62,133 bases of DNA from Patescibacteria group bacterium. Lineage in GTDB: Bacteria > Patescibacteriota > JABMPQ01 > JAHIRA01. A model generated the notes under the pieces. It saw nothing but the letters and a program-made list of their open reading frames with translations, had not been told where the DNA came from and did not search any database. This document shows positions 33,076 through 43,203 of the stretch, one piece after another (position 1 is the first letter of the stretch; every line of letters begins with the position of its first letter). A program made the position numbers and the translations under genes. The DNA is taken from the NCBI GenBank assembly GCA_018818205.1, contig JAHISJ010000029.1, forward strand, positions 1-62,133, written 5' to 3'.

Positions 33076-34590
33076 TCAAACGCCCTTCCACTTCCACGCG
33101 TCTGTTGGGCAGGTGAAACTTGGCTTATACCACGAACCAGCTTGCTTTGCGCCAACCGCACTCATGACACTATTGATGATAAGCCAACCTGACATCATGA
33201 TGACCATGCCAATAATTGCGGCGCCAAGGGCTTTTTTTGCTTTGCCTTTTCTTTCTTCATTGCCACCTGAGGTCATGTACATTAAACCACTGATGACAAT
33301 CATGAGGCCACCAATGGGTGCTAAAAACATTGTAGCATACCGTGCAAAGTTTGTTACTACGTTCATTATATCACAGATTGTGCATGCACCGCAGTTTAAA
33401 CACTCATTTGACATACCTTCTGTAAAACGGCCGCGAGAGCCGGGGTCAGCTTTGCATTGCGCGGATATGTCGAGTGATGTTACCCCAAGTTGCGTGGGTG
33501 CCTGGGTTACCGGATTTGATGGGTTTGCACATTGCTTTGCTGTTGTTTTGCATGCGTAAACCTGCTTTCCGTCCTGTGTTTTTGTTTCCAGCTCTTCACC
33601 AGCTCCACATTTTGAGGTGGATGTTTTTTCTTTAAATGAAACGTTACCAGCTGTGACAAAGGCTGCGTTGTATGTTTGTTGACACTTTTGGCCTGTTGAG
33701 CATTGACTATCACTTGCGCAGCTATGACCAAGGTTCAATTTTGCCATACAATATGTTGTACCGGTTTCCATGTTAGGATTAGAACCTGAATCTTTACCCG
33801 CTTGGGCATCGCTATTTGTAGCAGCTCTGCAGGAAAGTCCATCTTTACACTGACTGGTTGATGAACACTCTTTGTAAACAGTTGACCCTTTATCTAAGGA
33901 TTGGCATGAGCACGTATCGCTTCCAGGACCACATCCTTCTGATGTTTTTTTGCTATTTAAGCACTTAAGTCCGTAGTTACAATCAGAATCACGTCTGCAC
34001 GCAGTTGCCGTTGTTACGTACTTTTTGTTTACGCAGTATCCATGAGATTTATCAGCGCGTACAATACATGATTCACCATCTGAACATTCTGCATCATCAT
34101 CAGCAAATTGAGGATTACACTTTGTGTCAGTAGATTTAATGCACTTGCTATACGGGTCTTTGCCAAGACATTTCTCGTCGGATTTGCAGTCACTTGATGT
34201 TGTGCATTTCTTTTCGTTTCCATTTGCCAACGATGTTTGCCCGTCCTGACATTTTTTATCTTTGCATACGAGTGGTGCTTGACAGTCGTTATCAAAGGAA
34301 CATAAGTCACCTTGGCTCTTATCTCCTCTACATTGATTGTACACACAATTACCCGTCCTGCATTCAATATCTTTCAAACAAGCTCCCCCTTTTGTTTTCA
34401 CACAATGCTTCTTATTGTCCGATGACCCTTCAACCTTCTCACAAATATACCCACTACCACAGTCAGCTGAAGCATTACATACTTCTCCAGGGTCATTGAC
34501 GGCAAAAGCATAAGTAGTTACGCCGAAAATAGTGACAATCAAAAAACATAAACAATGAAAGATAGTTACTATCGGGTATGCTCTTTTCAT
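33076..34590 (-). CDS. T4SS-pilin family protein with a ~380-aa N-terminal Cys-rich repeat domain
   Basis: Signal peptide, then repeated modules such as CNASADCGSGYIC, CLKDIECRTGNC, CSFDNDCQAPLVC, CRRDSDCNYGLKC and CASDSQCSTGQKC. The C-terminus is LMYMTSGGNEERKGKAKKALGAAIIGMVIMMSGW. Confidence 0.72.
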   Translation of the reverse strand: MKRAYPIVTIFHCLCFLIVTIFGVTTYAFAVNDPGEVCNASADCGSGYICEKVEGSSDNKKHCVKTKGGACLKDIECRTGNCVYNQCRGDKSQGDLCSFDNDCQAPLVCKDKKCQDGQTSLANGNEKKCTTSSDCKSDEKCLGKDPYSKCIKSTDTKCNPQFADDDAECSDGESCIVRADKSHGYCVNKKYVTTATACRRDSDCNYGLKCLNSKKTSEGCGPGSDTCSCQSLDKGSTVYKECSSTSQCKDGLSCRAATNSDAQAGKDSGSNPNMETGTTYCMAKLNLGHSCASDSQCSTGQKCQQTYNAAFVTAGNVSFKEKTSTSKCGAGEELETKTQDGKQVYACKTTAKQCANPSNPVTQAPTQLGVTSLDISAQCKADPGSRGRFTEGMSNECLNCGACTICDIMNVVTNFARYATMFLAPIGGLMIVISGLMYMTSGGNEERKGKAKKALGAAIIGMVIMMSGWLIINSVMSAVGAKQAGSWYKPSFTCPTDAWKWKGV

Positions 34591-34601
34591 AATTATTACG
34601 A

Positions 34602-35894
34602 TTATTCCATTAGTGCACTCACCTGCTGATTTGCGGTGTTTAAAGCATCTTCCGGTTCTGCCTCACCTAACACCACTGAGTCAATCATATTGTTAAAAAT
34701 TGCTTCAACTTTTGCAGCCTCCGGTTGGTACCAGCTCTTTGCGGTTAAGGTTTGCTCCGCAAACACTCTAAGAAACGGATCTTCAACCTGTTCTTTGATT
34801 ATATCTTTACGTGCTGCCGGTCTATTGGTTGCTTCAACAAATTTTTGATTTTGTTCTTTTTTGGCAAGAAACATGAGAAAGTCCCAGGCTTCCGCTTTAT
34901 GCTCTGAAGATTTACTGACTACCTCGCCCCAGTAGTTAGCGTAATTTACCTCTTTGGGTGTGTCTGCAATTTGCGGCATTGGCGCTACACCAACGTTCAT
35001 TTTTGGTGCTTTTGATTTAATGATTTCGTCTTGGTAGCTGTAGCTAAACATCATGGCCGTTTTTTCTTCTATAAACGCATCAACGGAATGAGGCATGGTT
35101 GGTGTCCATGTGTAGACCGGTTTTCTGGGGTTTGCAAAGTCGGTATAAAAGGTGAGTGCGTCAAGGCCGGGGAAATAGGTGCCGGTGCTTGTTTCCTTGC
35201 TGCGATTAAACGTTGCAATGCCTTGCTCGGGGTCAATCATTTCTGTGCCGTTTTGCAGCATGAGGAGAGACAAAATATCCGGAGCTCTGTTGATGTTGGA
35301 AGCGGTTCCCAGTGCTGCGCCTGAGACCTCAACATCAGCAACACTATCTATTTGGGTTATTTTTTCTACTGCATCAATAAGCTCTGTCCAATTTGCCGGC
35401 GGCTCTACAATGAATGCTGAATTTAGCATGTCTTTGTTGTAATAAAGCGCGAGAGTATCCATGGAAAGAGGGAATCCATAAATTCTGTTGTCTGCAACAA
35501 AATCACTGGTTACCACATCAACGTAGGTATCAGAATATGCCGGAAGCGAGAGAAGGTCCTCTGGAAGGGGATCAAGCTTGGATTCATGTTTTGGAAGCCA
35601 GGTATTATGAATTGACCACATGTCCGGACCTTTGCTCGAAGCTAGGCCATCTGTTACTTTTTGTTCGTACTCTGTGAAGGTCAATTTCTTATATTCTATA
35701 GTGATGTGTGGGTGTAGCTGCTGGTACTCGGCAATAAATGGTTCAAAGACATCGCTATCATCAAATACCCGCCAATACTGGAGGGTGATTGGCTCGGGAG
35801 GGGCTTCACCTTTATCCCCGCCGCAATTCTTAAAACCAAAAGCCGCAAACACCATAAGCGCTGCGAGAAGAATAATAAGAACTCTCTTTGTCAT
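34602..35894 (-). CDS. ABC transporter extracellular solute-binding lipoprotein (family 1, sugar-type)
   Basis: A lipobox-like AFGFKNC, with length and sequence blocks (LQYWRVFDD, ...LYYNKDML..., ...WYQP) typical of SBP_bac_1. Confidence 0.75.
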   Translation of the reverse strand: MTKRVLIILLAALMVFAAFGFKNCGGDKGEAPPEPITLQYWRVFDDSDVFEPFIAEYQQLHPHITIEYKKLTFTEYEQKVTDGLASSKGPDMWSIHNTWLPKHESKLDPLPEDLLSLPAYSDTYVDVVTSDFVADNRIYGFPLSMDTLALYYNKDMLNSAFIVEPPANWTELIDAVEKITQIDSVADVEVSGAALGTASNINRAPDILSLLMLQNGTEMIDPEQGIATFNRSKETSTGTYFPGLDALTFYTDFANPRKPVYTWTPTMPHSVDAFIEEKTAMMFSYSYQDEIIKSKAPKMNVGVAPMPQIADTPKEVNYANYWGEVVSKSSEHKAEAWDFLMFLAKKEQNQKFVEATNRPAARKDIIKEQVEDPFLRVFAEQTLTAKSWYQPEAAKVEAIFNNMIDSVVLGEAEPEDALNTANQQVSALME

Positions 35895-35920
35895 ACTGTT
35901 TTACTAAAAAATGATAAGTT

Positions 35921-36793
35921 CTAGCACATTTTGTCTTTGAGGAATGCTTTAAACGCGTCCTTGAGGTCATTCCTGAGAAGGCTAAAGTGAACAACCGCTT
36001 TTAAATATTCTATTTTATTGCCACAATCAAAATAGGTTCCTTCTACGGCTTTTGCGTAGATAGGTCGTGATTTCATCAGTGTTAAGATACCATCGGGAAG
36101 CTGAATTTCTCCACCAATGCCCGGCTTAGTTTGCATAAGCGTGTCAAAGATATCTGGTGTCAAAAGCCATCTTGCTGCGGAAATATAATTTGACGGTGCT
36201 TTTTCCGGCGAGGGTTTCTCAACAATACCCTTTAGCTCAAAGAGTCCCTTTGAAATTTCTGCTTGCGGGTCAATGACGCCGTATTTATCTACCTCGTTTT
36301 TGTTTACTTCAAAAACAGCTAAAACAGGATCTTGATATTTGTTGTATACGTCTATGAGCTGCTTTATTGAAGGACTCTTGCCGGTGATAATGTCATCACC
36401 ACCACACACAATAAACGGCTCATCACCAACTAGTTCACGTGCTGAAAGCACGGCATGACCAAGGCCTTTTTGCTCGCCTTGGCGGACATACGCATATGAG
36501 ATGCCGGTGCTGATTGACTGAATCTCAGCGAGCTCTTTGGTTTTTCCTTTCTTCTCTAATAGATTTTCGAGCTCAAGCGACCTATCAAAATGGTCCTCAA
36601 TAGCTCGCTTGTTTGAGCTTGTCACAAAAATAATCTGCTCAATACCGGACTTTTTTGCTTCCTCAACAATATATTGGACAACGGGTTTATCTACAATAGG
36701 CAACATCTCTTTTGGAGATGCTTTGGTTGCAGGTAAAAACCGTGTGCCAAACCCGGCAACGGGAATCACTACTTTTCTTACTGGTTTAGTCAT
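35921..36793 (-). CDS. galU: UTP--glucose-1-phosphate uridylyltransferase
   Basis: VIPVAGFGTRFLPATKASPKEMLPIVDKPVVQYIVEEA, with a later VEKP block. I chose the start at 36793; the longer ORF to 36994 crosses a MITE. Confidence 0.88.
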   Translation of the reverse strand: MTKPVRKVVIPVAGFGTRFLPATKASPKEMLPIVDKPVVQYIVEEAKKSGIEQIIFVTSSNKRAIEDHFDRSLELENLLEKKGKTKELAEIQSISTGISYAYVRQGEQKGLGHAVLSARELVGDEPFIVCGGDDIITGKSPSIKQLIDVYNKYQDPVLAVFEVNKNEVDKYGVIDPQAEISKGLFELKGIVEKPSPEKAPSNYISAARWLLTPDIFDTLMQTKPGIGGEIQLPDGILTLMKSRPIYAKAVEGTYFDCGNKIEYLKAVVHFSLLRNDLKDAFKAFLKDKMC

Positions 36794-36897
36794 ACTACTA
36801 CAATTTCTTATATCGATTTGAAGTATACCATATTTGGATGATTTTTCAAGAATATGAGGGAGAAGTGTGGGTAAGTTTTGAAGAATCATTATTTTTG

Positions 36898-36940
36898 TGT
36901 CATCCCGGGTAATCATTAAGAAATGATTTTCGGGATGACA
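36898..36940. repeat. MITE-like hairpin repeat (short copy)
   Basis: TGTCATCCCGGGTAATCATTAAGAAATGATTTTCGGGATGACA. Confidence 0.75.
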
Positions 36941-37027
36941 TGACATTCGACATGACGATTCTAATTTAGTATAATTAAGCCAATAATAAGTCACGTATTT
37001 AACGCGACGAGTTTGTGTGCTTACACT

Positions 37028-39604
37028 ATGAAACTGAGAAAGAAGTACAAAAAAATAGGTGTTTTGGTGGTACTGGGTACAGCACTCGGGTTTTTGAGTT
37101 CTGTTGCGGGGATTGATGCTGAAAGCCGCTTTGATACAACTGCGCCGCGAACGCCGCAGGGGCTTAACGTTACCCTTGGCAATGGAAAAACAGAGCTTAC
37201 CTGGAATGAAAACGGCGAATGGGATCTTTTCTCATACGTGTTGCTCGTTCGTGAAGCACAAGAAAAGGAAGCATCTACAAATCTTCTTACCGGAAAAACA
37301 GATACGTACATACTTGATGACCTTGAGCCAAAAAGGCAGTATTTTGTGAGTCTTGCTGCACGTGACATTTCCGGGAATCTAAGTGCTCCCTCCCCTGAAA
37401 TTGGATTTCAATCGCCCAGTGAATCAAAGGGAGAGGTAAGTGTTCATACGTGGATTCCCGCTTCAGCTGATAGAGTTGACGCGATGCTGGCGTTTGAGGA
37501 AAACAAGGAACTTTTTACATCGGTTAGCCCTTTTATCTATGCGCTTGAGCCTGATGGGTCAATTTCAAAAAGAGGGACCATTTTTTCTGAAGATGAGCAA
37601 AAGAAGACGCAAGACACGGGGACTGAAGTAATCCCGACTATCACCAATAACTTTGACAAAGACAAAAAGGGAACCGAGCTTTTAAAGGACACAGAGAAAA
37701 CAAAACGACACATTGATCTTATTCTCTCAGAGGTTGAAAAAAGCAATTACGATGGAATTGATATTGATTATGAAAATCTGTCACCCGAGGTAAAGGATGC
37801 GTTTACCTCATTTATAGCGACCCTCTCCTCAAAGCTTCACGAGAAAGGGAAAACGCTTAGTGTGACGGTGCAAGCTAAACGTGGCGACGACCAGAACTGG
37901 GATGGTGTTGGTGCAAGTGATTACGAAAAGTTGGGGGAAGTTGCTGACTCGGTGCGCATAATGACGTATGACTACTCCAGATTGAATACGCCACCGGGAC
38001 CTATTGCGCCGCGGACGTGGTTTAGAGATGTCTACACGTATGCCGTGTCTAAAATCCCTGCAGAAAAGATAGTTGCAGGCGTTCCTTCGTATGGGTATAA
38101 GTGGTGTACAAAATCGGTGAATGATTCATGTGAGAGTACGGGGTTAGTGTGGACCGGGGTACAAAATATTATTAAAAAGCATCAGCCGCTTGTGGAATGG
38201 AACAATGAGGCGGCATCGCCGTGGTTTATGTACACCGATGAAGCGGGCAATACCTATGTAGTCAATTTTGAAAACCATCAAAGCCTTTCTGCAAAACTTG
38301 CTGTTGTTAAAGAGCTTGGGCTCTCAGGTGTAGTCATTTGGCGACTTGGAAACGAGGACCCCGAAAACTATAGAGTGATTAAAGAAAAGCTTACACCGCA
38401 GACGGTGCTCCCTTCAGAGGTTTTAGTGGAGGGCAAGGATAAAGAGATCTATCTTTCTTGGGATAAACCAAAGCGTACTCAGGTTACGGGGTATCGCATT
38501 GAGTATGAATCAAAAAGTACGGAGAAGCGTTTTGTTGATATTTTGGATGAGAATGAATATACGATTCCTGCGCTTATGAACAATGAGCAATACACTGTTA
38601 CCGTGTCGCCCATTTCATCAACACATGATGTGCTTTCTGATGAAATGTACGGTGAGGCGCAGCCCAGTTCAAAACTTATCTTTACGGTTACCCCAAAAGA
38701 CTTACGTTATCCGGGAGATATCCCTGATCTTTCTATTGATACAATCGATACACAGTCAGTAGATGTTTCATTTAGTGCGCCCGGCGATGAGTATTTTGAA
38801 GGAACCGTGTCCGAGTTTGATATACGGTATTCTAAAGATACTATCACCGAGGAGAATTTTAATGAGGCACGCAAACTCTCAAATGTGCCAAAACCGGTAA
38901 ATCCCCATGAAGTAGTCAATTGGCAGCTCAAGGGTCTTGAGAGTGGGATAAGCTACACTATCGCGGTGAAGGCTATTGACGAGGCGGGAAACGCATCAAA
39001 TATGTCAAATGTAGTATTCGCTCGAACAATCGATATTGTGCCGCCAAAGGCTCCGGAAGTTGCAACTATTCTCCCCAAAGATAAGAGTGTTGAGGTGATC
39101 TGGAAGGCAAATAATGAACCCGATCTTGCCGGCTATAATCTCTACTTTAAACGAGAGAAGGAAGCATATTCAGAGTTTTCTGTATCCAAAGATAAAAATC
39201 ACTTTGTTATTCCCGATCTTGATAATAATCGTACCTATTCAGTTGCGCTTGTTGCGTTTGATGGGAATGGCAATGAGAGTCATCGGTCTGAGGTAAAGGA
39301 AGCAGTGCCGAGAGCGGATAATTCACTTACTAGGCTTTCAGAAGAGATGCTTTTAGAGAAAGAAAAAATTTCAGGAACACTCTATCTCTTTGGGCAAAAG
39401 GTGTTTAATGAAAAGGCACTACCGTACGTTGCTATGATCTCAGTTGTGGTAGTGAATATCTTTATCTACTATTCGTTTAAAAATGAGATTTTACGACTTC
39501 TTAAGGGGAGTGCTCATGCAGCTGAAGTGACTCATGCACCATTAGTAGTGCGAAGACAGAAGATCACTGATTTAAAGAGGAAAGGTAGGAAGAGGGTCGT
39601 CTAA
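37028..39604 (+). CDS. GH18 (chitinase-like) glycoside hydrolase flanked by fibronectin-III-like domains, C-terminal TM
   Basis: YDGIDIDYE matches the GH18 catalytic DxxDxDxE motif. FN3-like segments lie before and after it. The start codon is uncertain (37013 or 37028). Confidence 0.78.
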   Translation: MKLRKKYKKIGVLVVLGTALGFLSSVAGIDAESRFDTTAPRTPQGLNVTLGNGKTELTWNENGEWDLFSYVLLVREAQEKEASTNLLTGKTDTYILDDLEPKRQYFVSLAARDISGNLSAPSPEIGFQSPSESKGEVSVHTWIPASADRVDAMLAFEENKELFTSVSPFIYALEPDGSISKRGTIFSEDEQKKTQDTGTEVIPTITNNFDKDKKGTELLKDTEKTKRHIDLILSEVEKSNYDGIDIDYENLSPEVKDAFTSFIATLSSKLHEKGKTLSVTVQAKRGDDQNWDGVGASDYEKLGEVADSVRIMTYDYSRLNTPPGPIAPRTWFRDVYTYAVSKIPAEKIVAGVPSYGYKWCTKSVNDSCESTGLVWTGVQNIIKKHQPLVEWNNEAASPWFMYTDEAGNTYVVNFENHQSLSAKLAVVKELGLSGVVIWRLGNEDPENYRVIKEKLTPQTVLPSEVLVEGKDKEIYLSWDKPKRTQVTGYRIEYESKSTEKRFVDILDENEYTIPALMNNEQYTVTVSPISSTHDVLSDEMYGEAQPSSKLIFTVTPKDLRYPGDIPDLSIDTIDTQSVDVSFSAPGDEYFEGTVSEFDIRYSKDTITEENFNEARKLSNVPKPVNPHEVVNWQLKGLESGISYTIAVKAIDEAGNASNMSNVVFARTIDIVPPKAPEVATILPKDKSVEVIWKANNEPDLAGYNLYFKREKEAYSEFSVSKDKNHFVIPDLDNNRTYSVALVAFDGNGNESHRSEVKEAVPRADNSLTRLSEEMLLEKEKISGTLYLFGQKVFNEKALPYVAMISVVVVNIFIYYSFKNEILRLLKGSAHAAEVTHAPLVVRRQKITDLKRKGRKRVV

Positions 39605-39780
39605 GCCTAAATCCCTTGACACTTTCAAATATTGTGCTATACTTATTATGCTAGGCAAATCACCCTGGTACCCCTCCTTACCGGGTGTCGAGGAGCCTAG
39701 CTTTTTGTTTAATATAAAAGGCGTCCATTTGGGCGTCTTTTTTGATTTTTATGGAGATGTGCCGCACACCTTTTTGAGAC

Positions 39781-40368
39781 TCATTTTGTACAGGCGCCCT
39801 CATTCCGTACGGGCGTGCCGCGGCGCGCCCGTACGGAATGCGAGAACATACATCCGCAGTATTTCTGTCTGTAGAGAGCGAACTTTTTTGATAGCTCAAT
39901 GCTTTGTTTGTAGCCCTCTTCATCTTCAAAGTTTTTTTCTAGGAAAGGAATATTGATGTGTTTGCTGATATTTTGTGCAATTTTAAAAAGATCCCTTGAA
40001 TTTTTATAGGGGGAAACGCTCAGTGTTGTTGAAAAACTATCAAAGTTATTTTTCTTTGCTTTATGTGCGGTTTTTGTCAGTCTCAACTCGAAGCATTTTT
40101 TACAGCGCTTGCCTCCTTCAGGTTCCTTCTCCAATCCTTCCATAGTGTTTAGCCATTTTTCCAGATCCCCATCTTGAATCGTAATTGGTACAAAGTACTC
40201 AGCAAAAAGCCGGGTTGTTTCATTGGCACGTTTGGTCCATTCATTTTTTGGGTGGATGTTTGGATTATAAAAAAAGCCATGTACGGTGTATTCAGTACAG
40301 AGCCGTTCTAACGCAGTGGTTGAACATGGTGCGCAGCATGCGTGGAGGAGTGTGGAGGATTTTTTCAT
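39781..40368 (-). CDS. queH: Epoxyqueuosine reductase QueH (DUF208)
   Basis: LLHACCAPCS, KRCKKCFELR and YRQKYCGC are signature Cys motifs. The last ~19 codons are encoded by the REP palindrome. Confidence 0.8.
   Translation of the reverse strand: MKKSSTLLHACCAPCSTTALERLCTEYTVHGFFYNPNIHPKNEWTKRANETTRLFAEYFVPITIQDGDLEKWLNTMEGLEKEPEGGKRCKKCFELRLTKTAHKAKKNNFDSFSTTLSVSPYKNSRDLFKIAQNISKHINIPFLEKNFEDEEGYKQSIELSKKFALYRQKYCGCMFSHSVRARRGTPVRNEGACTK
39801..39840. repeat. GC-rich REP-like palindrome inside the 3' end of the queH ORF
   Basis: CATTCCGTACGGGCG-TGCCGCGGCG-CGCCCGTACGGAATG, with 15-bp arms. Confidence 0.85.
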
Positions 40369-40399
40369 ATAACGTTAGGTTGTGGTGGTTTAAGCGTTT

Positions 40400-41005
40400 C
40401 TATTTCTTTTTGGCAACGAGATACCATTCTTTACTTTTTTTTCGCGTTGCTTTTGGCTTGTACCGTTTTAGGATAGAGAAATTCGGTGCAATCTCTTGTT
40501 CAAAAGCCTGCGTGTCCGATCCCTCAAATAGTTTGCTTATTATCGTACCGTTTGGCTTAAGATACCATGTCGCAATCTCAAATGCCTTCCTGTTTAGCTC
40601 AATTGAGCGTTCATGATCAAGATCCTTAATGCCTGATGTCATCGGGGCGAGGTCTGCTGTAATAACATCAAATGATCGTATTTTTTCTGGTAGCACTTTT
40701 ATAATGTCAGGATCACTCGGAACAATATCAACTATGTCTTTTTGGAGAAGATGTGTGTTTTTTTGGTTGATCGAGTCTATTTTTTGAATATCAATCCCCA
40801 GTACAAATCCTTTTGGTCCGACAATCTTAGAGAGATACTGAATAAAGCTTCCCGGAGCGGAGCCTAGATCCAAAATGATATCACCTTTCTTAATAATATG
40901 AAGCTTATCTTGGATCTCTTTAAGCTTAAACACTGACCGCGCACGATATCCTTGGCGTTTTGCTTCTTTTGAGTAGTAGTTGTCTAGATAGGGGTTGTAA
41001 GACAT
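40400..41005 (-). CDS. rlmE: 23S rRNA (uridine-2'-O)-methyltransferase RlmE/FtsJ
   Basis: YRARSVFKLKEIQDK and the SAM motif LDLGSAPGSFIQY. Confidence 0.85.
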   Translation of the reverse strand: MSYNPYLDNYYSKEAKRQGYRARSVFKLKEIQDKLHIIKKGDIILDLGSAPGSFIQYLSKIVGPKGFVLGIDIQKIDSINQKNTHLLQKDIVDIVPSDPDIIKVLPEKIRSFDVITADLAPMTSGIKDLDHERSIELNRKAFEIATWYLKPNGTIISKLFEGSDTQAFEQEIAPNFSILKRYKPKATRKKSKEWYLVAKKK

Positions 41006-41021
41006 ATGGGTTTAAACGACA

Positions 41022-41047
41022 TAGAGGCGCGCCGTGGCGCGCCTCTA
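41022..41047. repeat. GC-rich REP-like palindrome
   Basis: TAGAGGCGCGC(C)-GTG-GCGCGCCTCTA. Confidence 0.8.
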
Positions 41048-41073
41048 CACTATTTACGAAATGTTACTCGTGT

Positions 41074-42291
41074 TTAGTCAATGTAGTACTGTCCATTATC
41101 ATAGTATATCGCTGATGCATCATCAGATTGCTCAGTGTGAACGAGTACAAAGTCGTCACTTCCATCGCCTGTCCAATCTTTGATCAAAATTCTTGTTGTA
41201 GGGTAACTGTATTGCTCCTCAAAGGCAACGTCATATTGCTGAATAGCATCGTTCCAATCTAAAACAAATACATGATACTCGTCTGCTGTGCCACGCTGTC
41301 CCAAAATGCATCCTTCCAAAACACCATCGCCATCTATGTCGAGCGTTGCCCAGTCCTTAATGTTTTCTTCAGACCAGACAAAGTAGTCTTTGTAGTAGAA
41401 GGTTGTTGGGTCAAGTGACTCTGGTGTCGCAGATTTTTGCTGAGGTGGGGCCTCGATTTCAAATGAACCTGAGTCCATCTCAAGCGCAGCCAAATACACT
41501 GTATAGGTATGTGTTCCCGGTGTAAAGCCAAAAGGAGGCACAAAGACAAAGTTTACTGATGAACTGTTTCCGCGCTCTTTAGTCATTTTGTCCATGATCT
41601 GCCCAAACGGGTCATACAGTTCAACCGTTATTTGTGTCTGCGGCTTTCCGCCCTCGACATTTACGTTAACCGAGACATTGTCAACATCTGAGTTTAGTAC
41701 TTGTTTAGGGGTAAAGTTTCCGTAGTTGTCGGTAATGCCGGTGGATGACTCTATCTTTATGTTTAGATCAGTTGCGGTGTTTGTGTTGCTATTTACGTTT
41801 GCGTTCGTGTTTGTGCTGCTATTTACATTCGCGTTCTCATTTGCGTTTTCATTCGCATTGGTGTTTTGATTAAGCTCAGCATTAAGATTTTCCAATGCGT
41901 TTTCCAGTTGCTCTTCTTGGAGGTTAAGTGCGTTGCTTGTCCAGTTTCTAACGCCGCCTACAAGGAAGTACAGTACCACAACGATAATTCCCGCAAGAAC
42001 CAAGAGTCCACAACAGCCGCCGCCAACGTACCACCATACTTTTGATTTCTTTTTAGGGACTGTGGCAGTTTTTGCGTCGAGTGGTGGTTTCTCAGTAGGT
42101 TCATCTTCGCTTTTGACTTTAGTATCTTCACCTTCTGCTTCTGGCGCAGTTTCTTCAGGAGTTTCCTCAGCTGGCTCTTCAGGGCTTTTTGGAGTATCTT
42201 CTTTTTTCTCAAATGACCCACCTGTAGACGCTTTTTCTTTCTCCGGGGACCCAGAAACATCATCTGGTTTTTGCTCGTTGTTTGTGTCCAT
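41074..42291 (-). CDS. Membrane-anchored protein: acidic N-terminus, one TM, Asn-rich linker, FG-GAP/VCBS-like C-terminal motifs
   Basis: The TM helix is WWYVGGGCCGLLVLAGIIVVVLYFLVG. NANENANENANVNSSTNTNANVNSNTN is low-complexity sequence. DIDGDGVLE and DWTGDGSDDFVLV are calcium-binding-like repeats. Confidence 0.6.
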   Translation of the reverse strand: MDTNNEQKPDDVSGSPEKEKASTGGSFEKKEDTPKSPEEPAEETPEETAPEAEGEDTKVKSEDEPTEKPPLDAKTATVPKKKSKVWWYVGGGCCGLLVLAGIIVVVLYFLVGGVRNWTSNALNLQEEQLENALENLNAELNQNTNANENANENANVNSSTNTNANVNSNTNTATDLNIKIESSTGITDNYGNFTPKQVLNSDVDNVSVNVNVEGGKPQTQITVELYDPFGQIMDKMTKERGNSSSVNFVFVPPFGFTPGTHTYTVYLAALEMDSGSFEIEAPPQQKSATPESLDPTTFYYKDYFVWSEENIKDWATLDIDGDGVLEGCILGQRGTADEYHVFVLDWNDAIQQYDVAFEEQYSYPTTRILIKDWTGDGSDDFVLVHTEQSDDASAIYYDNGQYYID

Positions 42292-42314
42292 TGTTTTTAT
42301 TGTTTAAAAATGGC

Positions 42315-43160
42315 TTATTCGTTAGATATTTTTTTAGTGTTACGCTTAATCAAGTGATGTGCATTTTTTGAAGATACTACACTTTTCTTTGTTCTTAGTT
42401 CAATCTCTTTTCTAGCAGTTGCCGCTACGTGCCCGCCTTGTTTTGCAATTTTCTTACTTTGTTTGAATCCGCTAGGTTTCTTTTCCTTTGAAATTTCTGT
42501 TGTTGTAGCTTCTGCAAGCATGTTTAAAACCAATTCCAAGTTGGTCATATTGTCTCGCAGATTTTCCTTCTTGAGTCCCTTAAGCTTTTTGTATGATTTG
42601 ATAGATTTTCCAGACCACGTTGTTGTGATTGTATCAGTCAAAATAGCGAATTCGATGTCTTCTGTTACTCCTCTTTCTCTCCATTCATCAGTGAGTTCTT
42701 TTCTAACTTCTAATGTTTTAAGGCGCTGATTGATCCATTTTTCAGAATACCCTTTTTGCAGATAGGTTTTCATTGCACGGTCAAAGGTGCGCTCCGGGTC
42801 CTCCGTTTCTTTGATCCGCTCATATCCAACTTTTGCAAGCCACAGTTTTAATGGTTCAGCTTTTTTGCTTGGAACAGATTGGATTATTCTAAGAAGTGTT
42901 TCTGTGTCAGCAACATCAGTGAAATACTTTTTTCCATCACTTGATTTTAATTTCAGTTGTCCCATTTTTTGGGACAACTCACTTCCTTCATCTTCCAGCT
43001 TTACTTTAAGGGCATTCCAATACTTTCTTGGCCGGGGACTTTCTGTTAGAATTTCGATTACATCAACAATCGAGAAATACCATAGTTCATTTTCTTCATC
43101 CCAATGGCGACGAATTTGCTTTTGATTAAAGAGCACAACGGAACTTTCCTTTTTATCCAT
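42315..43160 (-). CDS. Bro-N domain protein (phage antirepressor-like N-terminus)
   Basis: FNQKQIRRHWDEENELWYFSIVDVIEILTES..PRKYWNALK resembles the Bro-N family. Confidence 0.6.
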   Translation of the reverse strand: MDKKESSVVLFNQKQIRRHWDEENELWYFSIVDVIEILTESPRPRKYWNALKVKLEDEGSELSQKMGQLKLKSSDGKKYFTDVADTETLLRIIQSVPSKKAEPLKLWLAKVGYERIKETEDPERTFDRAMKTYLQKGYSEKWINQRLKTLEVRKELTDEWRERGVTEDIEFAILTDTITTTWSGKSIKSYKKLKGLKKENLRDNMTNLELVLNMLAEATTTEISKEKKPSGFKQSKKIAKQGGHVAATARKEIELRTKKSVVSSKNAHHLIKRNTKKISNE

Positions 43161-43203
43161 AGTAGTATGAAATAAAATTATTAAGTAGTGTGTGTGCCCC
43201 TAC

